This document shows positions 31,455 to 39,214 of a stretch of 64,000 nucleotides of DNA, piece by piece. A program made the position numbers and the translations under genes. Source of the stretch: Eubacteriales bacterium (lineage in GTDB: Bacteria; Bacillota; Clostridia; Oscillospirales; CAG-272); assembly GCA_045127215.1 (NCBI GenBank), contig JBGVPV010000074.1, forward strand, positions 16,302 through 80,301. The letters run 5' to 3'. A model generated the notes under the pieces. That model searched no databases, was not told the origin of the DNA, and saw only the letters and a program-made list of their open reading frames with translations. The first letter of the stretch is position 1, and every line of letters starts with the position of its first letter.

Positions 31455-33287
31455 ATGAATAATACCGAAAACACAAAAAACACAGAGAATCTTGAGGCAA
31501 CGGCTGACGTAAAGGTCGCTAAAAAGCCTAACAAAAAGGTTCTTATAATCGCAATTGCAGCAGTCCTCGCAGTAGCTATTATTGCAGGCGTGCTTATAGT
31601 TCTTGGCGTATTTGGCGGCAAGGACGAGCCCCCCGTTATCGAGACCGCAAACATAATTGAAAACGGCGTGGCAAATTACGCTATCGTTTACCCCGACGCT
31701 TGCTCAGGCGTTCTTGACACTCAGCTCATCTCTCTCATTTCCGCCGTTCAAGCCAAAACAGGCGTAAGACTTGATATGATAAAAGCGTCTCATGCAAACG
31801 ATCCTGATGCAAACTACATACTCATCGGCGCTACCGGCTTTGCGGAGTCCGAGGCGGCAGTAGCTTCTCTTAAGGGTAACGAAGACGCCTACACCATTGA
31901 GAAGGCAGGCAAGCACATAGTATTTGCAGGACATTTTGACAGCTCTACCGCGTCTGCCATAGAATACTTCGTACTCAATATGCTCAACAGCGGATATGAC
32001 GCAACCACCAACACCCTCACTCTCAAGGAGCATTGGTTTGACGGCACGGTTGCATTCCCCGCATCCTTCGACGCGGAAAATCTTTCCCTCTACACCATAG
32101 TTTACAGCTCCAAGACCACCAACGCCAAGGCAACCGCTGAAAAGATACAGCAGCGCATCAAAGATACCACAGGTAGAACCCTTGAGGTCAAGAGAGATAC
32201 AGGCGTATCCGAGTCCGCGTATGAGATAATCATCGGCGAGACCAACAGAGCGCTCTCCCAAAAGTGCTACGACAAGACTTACCTTATGGAATATGAGTTC
32301 GTAGTTGAAAAGGGTCAGCTTCAGATAGTCTGTGGCGGTCTGTATTCTGCAAGAATGGCAGGATACGAACTTGCTAACTTACTTACAAAAGAGGACTTCT
32401 CCTTCGCTACCGGAGCTCACGGACGTACAAACCTCGCAACTAAGAACGTAGCTCACACCGCAGGCACTGACGCGCGTATCATGACTGCAAATATCCTTTC
32501 GTACGGACAGATAACAAGCCAAGGAATGAATTTCCCCATCTCCGACGAGCGTGCAGAAATATTTGCAAAGATACTCGTTGACTACACCCCCGATTTCGTA
32601 GGTGTTCAGGAAATGGATTCCACGTTCCAGAAGCCTTTCAATAACTTCCTTAAGATCATCAAAGAGACGTACGGAATAGAATATTCCATCGTTCTTACCA
32701 AGGCTAACGGCGCGACCAACCACAGCCCCATCATTTACCGTTCTGATAAATACAAGTGCGATTATCAGAAATTCACTCCCGTTTCCTACGCTAAAAATCC
32801 CACCAAGCAAAAAGAAACAGGTGAATTGGAGTATGGCAGCGGAATTTCAAGTGCAAAGTTCACAAGCCTTACCGATCCCACCAAGGAGATAGCTATTCTC
32901 TCTTCTCACTGGCACTGGGAAAAGGAAATCGCGTCGGGTACTGACAATCAGTATTACGATGCCAAGGAGATGGAGGCAGTTATCAACGAGGTTGCTGCTA
33001 AGTACCCCAACGCTAAGATATTCAGCACGGGTGACTTCAACAGCCACAGATACTCAGGAAAGTATCTCAGAATATTCCTTGAAAACACCGACGGTGAAAT
33101 TGCAAGCACCATAGCTAAGAAGAACGGAGTTCTAAAGCCCAGCTTCCAGCATATGAATCAGTACATCGACCACATTATAGGTAAGAAGGGTACGTTTGAC
33201 GTACTTCTCCACCAGGGTACTGATAACGGCTCCAAGACACTTACCGACCACCAGCCCGTTTTTGCTGATATTAAGTTTACAAAGTAA
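31455..33287 (+). CDS. EEP-family protein, paralogue 3, N-terminal membrane anchor
   Basis: TM anchor VLIIAIAAVLAVAIIAGVLIVLGVF. Same two-module plus EEP architecture and the same catalytic motifs. Confidence 0.75.
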   Translation: MNNTENTKNTENLEATADVKVAKKPNKKVLIIAIAAVLAVAIIAGVLIVLGVFGGKDEPPVIETANIIENGVANYAIVYPDACSGVLDTQLISLISAVQAKTGVRLDMIKASHANDPDANYILIGATGFAESEAAVASLKGNEDAYTIEKAGKHIVFAGHFDSSTASAIEYFVLNMLNSGYDATTNTLTLKEHWFDGTVAFPASFDAENLSLYTIVYSSKTTNAKATAEKIQQRIKDTTGRTLEVKRDTGVSESAYEIIIGETNRALSQKCYDKTYLMEYEFVVEKGQLQIVCGGLYSARMAGYELANLLTKEDFSFATGAHGRTNLATKNVAHTAGTDARIMTANILSYGQITSQGMNFPISDERAEIFAKILVDYTPDFVGVQEMDSTFQKPFNNFLKIIKETYGIEYSIVLTKANGATNHSPIIYRSDKYKCDYQKFTPVSYAKNPTKQKETGELEYGSGISSAKFTSLTDPTKEIAILSSHWHWEKEIASGTDNQYYDAKEMEAVINEVAAKYPNAKIFSTGDFNSHRYSGKYLRIFLENTDGEIASTIAKKNGVLKPSFQHMNQYIDHIIGKKGTFDVLLHQGTDNGSKTLTDHQPVFADIKFTK

Positions 33288-33305
33288 AAAATAAGGTATT
33301 AAAAT

Positions 33306-35093
33306 ATGAGAAACATTATTGATGATCCCGCAAAAAAGAAAAACGCCGCTAACATAAAAATAATCGCATCGGTCATCGCAGTTCTCTTGATCATTAGCTG
33401 CACGTTTATTATGTACTCGTGTAATAATAAAAAATCCACGCAGATCATCAAGAATGGAACACCTCAGTACACTATCGTCACCCCCGACAACTGCTCAGAC
33501 GCACTCAGCGCAGAAATATCCGATTTGATCTCAAAGATAAAGACCGAAACGGGTGTTGAGCTGAGCTGTATCAAGGCTTCCGAAGCTACCGATAAGAACA
33601 AGGCTTACGTTCTTATCGGATCTACGGGCTTTGAAGAATCAAATTCGGCAATCGAAGCACTCGGGGCAAACGCGGACGCGTATACCATTGAACCATCAGG
33701 AAAACACGTAGTGGTAACGGGGCATTTTGACTCCGCAACAGCAGACGCCGTCAAGTACCTTGGCGAGCATCTCGTCAGCGAGGGCTACAATGCCTCATCG
33801 CAAACTCTCACGCTCACAGCCTACGCGTTTGAGGGCGCTACCGCGCTCCCCAAAGCCTTTGAGGTAAGTGAGCTCTCCCGTTACACCGTAATATATTCAG
33901 ATAGTACCCTCGGCAACCAAGAGGTTGCAGAGAAGATACAAAAGCGTATCCGCGACTATACCGGAATTACCGTAAACGTCGGCAAGGATACCGAGACACC
34001 CGAGACGGCTTATGAGATAATAGTAGGAAAAACCAACAGACGTATCTCACAGAAATACTTCGAGGGAAAAACTTACCTTATGCAGTATAAGCTGGTAGTT
34101 GAAAAGGGTCAGGTACAGATAATTGGCGGCGGCCCTTATTCCGCAAAGCTTGGAGGATACGCGCTTGCAAGTATGCTGATGGATAAAAATCTCTCACTCA
34201 CAGCAGGCACTCACTCCGAGATGGACGTAGCCACCGAGAGCATTCCGATCACCGAGGGCGCTGACGTGCGTATCATGACGGCAAACCTTCTTACCGACGA
34301 GGCGGTGACCGAAGCCACGAGAGACAACTTCCCCGTTCCAGCAGAACGCGCAGAAATACTCGCAAAGATACTCGTTGATTACACTCCCGACTTCGTAGGC
34401 GTTCAGGAAATGAGCGCAGGCTTTGTAGAGCCGCTCAATGATCTTCTTAAGATCGTCAAGGATACCTACGGGCTTGACTACTCCGTAATACTTACCGAGT
34501 GGAAAGGCAAGTCAAACCACTGCCCTATCATCTATCGTGCGGACAAGTACAGACTTGACTATCAGAATCTTACCCCCGCGTATTATCTGCCCAACGGAAC
34601 TCCCCCTTCAAAGAATTGGGGAAATTGGTACGACAACGCAACCGCCGCGGCGAAGTTTACAAGCCTTACTGATCCCACCGTTGAGATCGCCCTGCTGACG
34701 TCTCACTGGTATTGGGAAACAGAGCAGGAGGCCGCAAACAACGGTCTTATTCGTCAGGAGATAGACGCCCGGACTATGACTGACGTATTCAATTACGTCA
34801 AAGAAACCTTCCCGAATGCAAAAATATTCTGCACGGGTGACTTTAACAGCCATCGCTTCAGCGGTAAGTATTTCAATCAATTCCTTTCGAACATAAGCGG
34901 CGCGGTAGCAAGTAATATTGCACGCTCCAATGGAGTTCTCAAGGAGAGCTACAAGCACCAGGGCGTGTATATCGACCATATCATAGGCAAGAACGCTACC
35001 TTTGACGTGCTTCTCCACAGTGGAACCAAGAACGCTTCAAGCACGCTGACAGACCATCAGCCTGTTTTCGCGGATATTAAATTCACAAAATGA
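33306..35093 (+). CDS. EEP-family protein, paralogue 4, probable lipoprotein or anchored
   Basis: Hydrophobic N-terminus with LIISC. Same architecture. EEP core: VRIMTANL, GVQEM, TSHWYWE, GDFNSHRF, LTDHQPVFADIKFTK. Confidence 0.75.
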   Translation: MRNIIDDPAKKKNAANIKIIASVIAVLLIISCTFIMYSCNNKKSTQIIKNGTPQYTIVTPDNCSDALSAEISDLISKIKTETGVELSCIKASEATDKNKAYVLIGSTGFEESNSAIEALGANADAYTIEPSGKHVVVTGHFDSATADAVKYLGEHLVSEGYNASSQTLTLTAYAFEGATALPKAFEVSELSRYTVIYSDSTLGNQEVAEKIQKRIRDYTGITVNVGKDTETPETAYEIIVGKTNRRISQKYFEGKTYLMQYKLVVEKGQVQIIGGGPYSAKLGGYALASMLMDKNLSLTAGTHSEMDVATESIPITEGADVRIMTANLLTDEAVTEATRDNFPVPAERAEILAKILVDYTPDFVGVQEMSAGFVEPLNDLLKIVKDTYGLDYSVILTEWKGKSNHCPIIYRADKYRLDYQNLTPAYYLPNGTPPSKNWGNWYDNATAAAKFTSLTDPTVEIALLTSHWYWETEQEAANNGLIRQEIDARTMTDVFNYVKETFPNAKIFCTGDFNSHRFSGKYFNQFLSNISGAVASNIARSNGVLKESYKHQGVYIDHIIGKNATFDVLLHSGTKNASSTLTDHQPVFADIKFTK

Positions 35094-35094
35094 C

Positions 35095-35136
35095 AAAAAA
35101 ATACCGTCGCAGTTTAGACTGCGACGGTATTTTTTG
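35095..35136 (+). terminator. Rho-independent terminator of the galT-EEP operon
   Basis: AAAAAAATACCGTCGCAG-tttaga-CTGCGACGGTATTTTTTG. Confidence 0.85.
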
Positions 35137-35202
35137 TTATACTCTGCCTCCCCACGCCGTCATCCTCGAACGAGCATCCCCTACGAAAAAACAACATACT
35201 TT

Positions 35203-35228
35203 GTAGGGACCGGCGTCCCCGACGGTCC
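35203..35228 (+). repeat. REP-like hairpin (GTAGGGACCGGCGTCCCCGACGGTCC)
   Basis: One mismatch (in the loop) to the intragenic copy at 24780-24805. Confidence 0.85.
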
Positions 35229-35261
35229 AAGCCTGTAATAAAGTAACTTTTACATAGAAAT

Positions 35262-35287
35262 GGACTGTCGAGGACGCCAGTCCCTAC
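35262..35287 (-). repeat. REP-like hairpin, inverted partner of a doublet (GGACTGTCGAGGACGCCAGTCCCTAC)
   Basis: The stem is changed to GGACTG/CAGTCC, a compensatory pair change relative to GGACCG/CGGTCC. 33-nt spacer containing GTAACTTT. Confidence 0.85.
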
Positions 35288-35396
35288 AAATCAAGTCGTC
35301 GAGGAGACTCCCCCGTTTTTTACCTTTTGTATATTATTTCCATTTTTTACCACAAAAATTTGTATCTTTTGCGATATGGAAATTTTTGTAAATATA

Positions 35397-35425
35397 TTGA
35401 ATTTTTCCCTAAAATATGGTAAAAT
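35397..35425 (+). promoter_or_regulatory. Sigma-A type promoter upstream of spo0A
   Basis: TTGAAT, 17 nt, TAAAAT with an extended -10 TGg. 40 nt before the ATG. Confidence 0.45.
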
Positions 35426-35465
35426 ATGGATGTAATGAAAAATACACGGAGGATAAAATTAAAAA

Positions 35466-36239
35466 ATGGAAAAGACAACTAAAATATTGATCGCCGACGA
35501 GAATGCGGCAAGCAGACAGTCACTTATGTCAGAATTACGCAGAGCGGGCTACGCAAGCGTCGAGCTTGCGGCAAACGGAGAGGAAGCACTGCATAAGATA
35601 GATCGATTTCACCCCGACGTTGCCATAATCGACGTATGGCTCTCGGGTATTGACGGCATCGGAGTGCTTCGCAACAGCCGCAAGCTCAATTTCGGATCAG
35701 ACAAGGTGCCCGCATTCATCGTGGTATCCATGGTGTCAAATCAAAGCGTTTTTATTGAAGCGGCAAATGCAGGGGCAGACCTTTGCCTGTTAAAGCCCTA
35801 CAACACGGACAGCCTGTGCAATCATATCGCCTCGCTTGCTCAAAGCAGAGCCACCGAGGGCACGGCAGACGCAATGACAGGCGCACCCGACATAGAAACT
35901 CAGGTAACCAAAATAATACATCAGATCGGCGTTCCCGCGCATATAAAGGGATATCAGTATCTGAGGACGGCTATTTTGCTGACCGTCAAAGACTCGGATA
36001 TAATCAATTCCGTCACAAAAATACTCTACCCTTCCGTAGCAAAGAAATATCAGACCACCACAAGCCGCGTTGAGCGCGCTATTCGCCACGCGATAGAGGT
36101 GGCGTGGGATCGCGGTGACGTTGACACACTCAACTCCTATTTTGGCTACACAATCCAAAACAACCGTGGCAAACCCACTAATAGCGAATTCATCGCCATG
36201 ATCGCAGATAACCTCAGACTTCAATATAAGCTGTACTAA
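35466..36239 (+). CDS. spo0A: Sporulation master regulator Spo0A
   Basis: Receiver domain ([21 protein letters not shown]) plus the Spo0A C-terminal DNA-binding domain ([48 protein letters not shown]). Confidence 0.95.
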   Translation: MEKTTKILIADENAASRQSLMSELRRAGYASVELAANGEEALHKIDRFHPDVAIIDVWLSGIDGIGVLRNSRKLNFGSDKVPAFIVVSMVSNQSVFIEAANAGADLCLLKPYNTDSLCNHIASLAQSRATEGTADAMTGAPDIETQVTKIIHQIGVPAHIKGYQYLRTAILLTVKDSDIINSVTKILYPSVAKKYQTTTSRVERAIRHAIEVAWDRGDVDTLNSYFGYTIQNNRGKPTNSEFIAMIADNLRLQYKLY

Positions 36240-36243
36240 AGTA

Positions 36244-36284
36244 AAAACGGCGTGATACCCCTCGGGGAGTATCACGCCGAAATA
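36244..36284. terminator. Hairpin between convergent spo0A and the zinc-ribbon gene
   Basis: GGCGTGATACCCC-tc-GGGGAGTATCACGCC. An A-run on the plus side gives a U-tract for the minus-strand gene. Confidence 0.65.
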
Positions 36285-36303
36285 TTATGAGTTTATTTTC
36301 GGC

Positions 36304-36984
36304 TTATATTAACAAGAGACACCACTTGCCCTTATACTTGATAAGAGTCATTTCCTGTGTTTGACCATCCATCTTTACCTTTGCGATCTTAACGCCCTTG
36401 ATGTCTTCAACATCGAAATCATCAATGATTTCCTCAAGATATTCAAAGCGCTTCTTAATCTCTCTCTTTTCAGAAGAGGTAGCGTCCTCGATCTTTACGA
36501 TTCTATATTCAGCACCCTCCATGTAGGAATCTTCCATAGACTCCTCGAGCATTTCAATGTAATCGCTCTTGTCCATATTCTCATCCATCTCAAAGTAGAA
36601 GGAAGGAAGAACGCTTACGAATTGCTTTGCATCACAGTCAACTATCGCATCAAGACCTTTCTTAAGAACTGCCTTGGGGCTGGGGAAAATAACGGAAATA
36701 AGTATGCTGATAACGATGATAGCCGCAACCGCAGCACCACCGATAATACCAAACTTCTTGATCTTTTCCATACCTACCTTTTCCGCAATAGCCTTAACGT
36801 TCGGAACCTTCAGAGATACAGTGCTCGTAAGGCTGGGCTCTGCGGTAGCGGTAGCGCCCTGAGCTTCCTCGTTTACACTTACCTGCTCTGCAAATTCCGC
36901 AGGCTTGACTTCAGTGCCGCAAGCAGGACAGAACTTAGCATCGTCCAACATCTCCGCGCCACAATTTACACAAATTTTTGACAT
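36304..36984 (-). CDS. Zinc-ribbon membrane protein (hypothetical)
   Basis: CVNCGAEM..CPACGTEV zinc ribbon, one TM helix (FGIIGGAAVAAIIVISILISVIF), and an extracytoplasmic domain of about 130 aa. ATG 36984 has AAAGGA upstream (track start is 37008). Confidence 0.6.
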   Translation of the reverse strand: MSKICVNCGAEMLDDAKFCPACGTEVKPAEFAEQVSVNEEAQGATATAEPSLTSTVSLKVPNVKAIAEKVGMEKIKKFGIIGGAAVAAIIVISILISVIFPSPKAVLKKGLDAIVDCDAKQFVSVLPSFYFEMDENMDKSDYIEMLEESMEDSYMEGAEYRIVKIEDATSSEKREIKKRFEYLEEIIDDFDVEDIKGVKIAKVKMDGQTQEMTLIKYKGKWCLLLI

Positions 36985-37182
36985 AGCCGTAATTCCTTTC
37001 TCGGTCATTTTTTGTAATAATACCGTCGTTTATCCGACGGCTTAAAAGACTCTGGTTCAATTATAGCACACATTTTTACAATAATCAAGAGAATATGACA
37101 TTTTTTTCGCAAAGATTGTTTACAAATCCCCCTTTTTGTGATAAACTATGATAGAAATAACGATAAAGCGAGGGAGACACCT

Positions 37183-37878
37183 ATGTATAAATATGAAACA
37201 CACCTGCACACCTTTCCCGTAAGCGCTTGCGCCAAGAAGTCCGTAAGAGAGAACATTGAGTTTTACAAAAAGCTCGGATATGACGGGATTTTTATAACGA
37301 ATCACTTTATAGACGGCAACGTATCCGTAGACCGCAACGCGCCGTACGATGAAAAGATCAATTTCTATTTCTCCGCATACGAGGAAGCCTTGGAGATAGG
37401 CAAAGAGATCGGACTGCGTATATTCTGCGGCATCGAAATGTCCTACAAGGGTACGGATTTTCTCGTATTTGGTCTTGACAAGGAATGGTGGCTCGCTCAT
37501 CCGGAGATAGCAGAGCTTAAAAAGAGCGTACAGCTCCCCTTACTTATGGAGCACGGCGCGCTTATCTTCCAGGCGCACCCCTTCCGCGAGGCAAAATATA
37601 TTGACCACATCAGACTTTTCCCCTGCGTTCAGGGTGTTGAGGTCATCAACGCAGGACGTACCGATCACGTCAACCAAATGGCAGAGCTTTACGCCGAGCA
37701 TTACGGCAAGCTCAGGATCGCGGGCACGGATAATCACTTAGGCGCAGACGTCAAAATGCTTGCAGGAGTATGCACACAAAAGCCCATTGAGAGCGTTGAG
37801 GATTTCATCCACGCCATGACAAACGGTGAGGCGGAGCTTTTCCACGAGCCTAATCCCCTCGCACCCATAACGGAATAA
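37183..37878 (+). CDS. PHP-domain metal-dependent phosphoesterase
   Basis: N-terminal ETHLHT. Later His/Asp ligands (QAHPFRE, GTDNH). ATG 37183 follows GAGGGAG. Confidence 0.7.
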   Translation: MYKYETHLHTFPVSACAKKSVRENIEFYKKLGYDGIFITNHFIDGNVSVDRNAPYDEKINFYFSAYEEALEIGKEIGLRIFCGIEMSYKGTDFLVFGLDKEWWLAHPEIAELKKSVQLPLLMEHGALIFQAHPFREAKYIDHIRLFPCVQGVEVINAGRTDHVNQMAELYAEHYGKLRIAGTDNHLGADVKMLAGVCTQKPIESVEDFIHAMTNGEAELFHEPNPLAPITE

Positions 37879-37879
37879 T

Positions 37880-37895
37880 AAAAAACGGCATATCG
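37880..37895 (+). repeat. Left arm of a 16-17-nt perfect inverted repeat (AAAAAACGGCATATCG)
   Basis: Starts 2 nt after the PHP stop codon. The partner lies at 39197-39213, 1.3 kb away. Confidence 0.85.
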
Positions 37896-37934
37896 TCACC
37901 TCTGCAACTTTAGCGGAGAAAACAATTTCATAAC

Positions 37935-37973
37935 GTAGGGCGGGGGCGTATTTGCTTACAAATGGGCTCCCGC
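37935..37973 (+). repeat. REP-like element (GTAGGGCGGGGGC..17 nt..GGCTCCCGCC)
   Basis: GTAGGG foot plus an imperfect GC-rich stem. Its first 13 nt are the exact reverse complement of 38065-38077. Confidence 0.7.
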
Positions 37974-38003
37974 CGCTTCGTTTTTTTAAGCAACATCTAC
38001 ATC

Positions 38004-38026
38004 GTAGGGGCGACCATTGGTCGCCC
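38004..38026 (+). repeat. REP-like hairpin (GTAGGGGCGACCATTGGTCGCCC)
   Basis: GTAGGG foot overlapping the stem GGGCGACC/GGTCGCCC. Confidence 0.8.
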
Positions 38027-38053
38027 GTTTTTGTTTTCATAAAGGTATTTTTC

Positions 38054-38077
38054 GGTGGGAGCAAGCCCCCGCCCTAC
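38054..38077 (-). repeat. REP-like hairpin (GGTGGGAGCAAGCCCCCGCCCTAC)
   Basis: CCCTAC foot. Related to the GGGAGGAGCAAGCCCCTCCCCTAC copies at 45079 and 51917. Confidence 0.75.
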
Positions 38078-38257
38078 GACTATTTGTTTTCTGCGGATAA
38101 TGGGTTCGGGCTTCTGCCCGATTTTGCGCGATGGACTGCCACGCGCTATGCTTGCCCCAGACGCGAGCGTCGGGGATTTCTATTTTTAATAGATTTTTCA
38201 CTCTTGAATAAACATCATCGGAGGTGCTAAGTTGAATCAATAACAACTAATCCGTTA

Positions 38258-38286
38258 TTGAAACAATACGATTATCATGGTATAAT
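38258..38286 (+). promoter_or_regulatory. Sigma-A type promoter of the HTH/TPR gene
   Basis: TTGAAA, 17 nt, TATAAT with an extended -10 TGg. Confidence 0.5.
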
Positions 38287-38327
38287 AATAGTGCTTCGAA
38301 GCTAATCAAAAGTAAGCAAAGGAGATA

Positions 38328-38963
38328 ATGATGTTTTATTTGTCAGAAAATCTAAAAAAATATCGCATTATGAAAAATCTTACACAAGAGGATGTTGCAA
38401 GATATTTGGGTCTAACTCCTCAAAGTATTTCAAAATGGGAACGCGGTGAATGTTATCCCGATATAACGTTTCTACCCGCATTGGCAAACATATTTGAAAC
38501 AAGTATAGATCTGCTTATAGGTATGGATACGATACGAGCACAAGAGACACGCTTCAACATTCACAAAAAAGCTTCTGAGTTTCAGCGTGACGGTGATTAC
38601 GCTTCCGCAGAGAAAGTGTATAGAGATGCATTACTGATATATCCAAACAAACCCGGAATGATTTTGGGCCTTGCGGGAGTATTAGCTTTGCAGAACAAAT
38701 CCGAGGAAGCGATTGAATTAATGGAGCGTGGATTGCCACTGTCTGTTAACGAGAAGCAAAAAGCGACAATGCGTGCTACGCTTTGTTTTTTATATTTGAA
38801 GTGTGGAAAAACCGACAAAGCAAATGCACTTGCTTCCGAACTTCCTCACACAAGAGAAAGTCGCGAGGTAATTCAGCCTTTAATTCAAAAAGGGCTTAAC
38901 GAGTCGGAAATAAATGACAATATTAGAAATATACTTCTCGGCGATGGAAAGAGCATTTGGTGA
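38328..38963 (+). CDS. XRE-family helix-turn-helix regulator with C-terminal TPR-like domain
   Basis: HTH LTQEDVARYLGLTPQSISKWERGECYP, followed by helical repeats (ASAEKVYRDALLIYPNKPG..EEAIELMERGL). Confidence 0.8.
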   Translation: MMFYLSENLKKYRIMKNLTQEDVARYLGLTPQSISKWERGECYPDITFLPALANIFETSIDLLIGMDTIRAQETRFNIHKKASEFQRDGDYASAEKVYRDALLIYPNKPGMILGLAGVLALQNKSEEAIELMERGLPLSVNEKQKATMRATLCFLYLKCGKTDKANALASELPHTRESREVIQPLIQKGLNESEINDNIRNILLGDGKSIW

Positions 38964-39002
38964 TTATCCATCAACTTCAAAAAGCACAAGAAATCCATTA
39001 TC

Positions 39003-39034
39003 GCCCCGCCTCGCGCGGGGCTTTTCTTTGTTTT
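39003..39034 (+). terminator. Rho-independent terminator of the HTH/TPR gene
   Basis: GCCCCGC-ctcgc-GCGGGGC followed by TTTTCTTTGTTTT. Confidence 0.75.
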
Positions 39035-39046
39035 GGCATATCAAAA

Positions 39047-39165
39047 AGCCTTCTCCTGTGGGAGAAGGTGGCAGCCGAAGGCTGACGGATGAGGAGTCTG
39101 TTTCGTTTTTTTCAAACACCTCATCCACCGCTAACGCGGTCCCCCTTCCCCCACTGGGGAAGGCT
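39047..39165. repeat. Composite palindromic element (three hairpins)
   Basis: CCTTCTCC-tgt-GGGAGAAGG; GGATGAGG..23 nt..CCTCATCC; CCTTCCCC-cact-GGGGAAGG. Generates the spurious ORF 38914-39183. Confidence 0.7.
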
Positions 39166-39196
39166 ATGCAATTTTACCGCTAATTTGGCAAACCGT

Positions 39197-39213
39197 CGAT
39201 ATGCCGTTTTTTT
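39197..39213 (-). repeat. Right arm of the inverted repeat (CGATATGCCGTTTTTTT)
   Basis: Exact reverse complement of 37880-37895 plus one extra T. Ends 1 nt before the M48 peptidase stop codon. Confidence 0.85.
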
Positions 39214-39214
39214 A

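Noticed and set aside
35262-35287. TGTCGAG inside the REP upstream of spo0A resembles a Spo0A box (TGTCGAA).
   Set aside because: The same heptamer is an intrinsic part of the REP loop and stem and recurs wherever the REP occurs, including inside the transposase ORF. There is one mismatch to the consensus and no independent evidence of regulation.
37952-38230. 92-aa ORF, and similar ORFs at 38914-39183, 51308-51556, 51348-51569 and 5196-5639.
   Set aside because: They run through REP-like or palindromic repeat elements and terminator hairpins and lack an RBS. These are spurious ORFs created by GC-rich repeats.
38328-39214. The HTH plus TPR regulator could be an RNPP-type quorum-sensing receptor with an adjacent signalling-peptide gene.
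   Set aside because: The protein is short (211 aa). I found no small secreted-peptide ORF with an RBS on either side, and the downstream region is occupied by a terminator and palindromic repeats. The idea remains possible but is unsupported.
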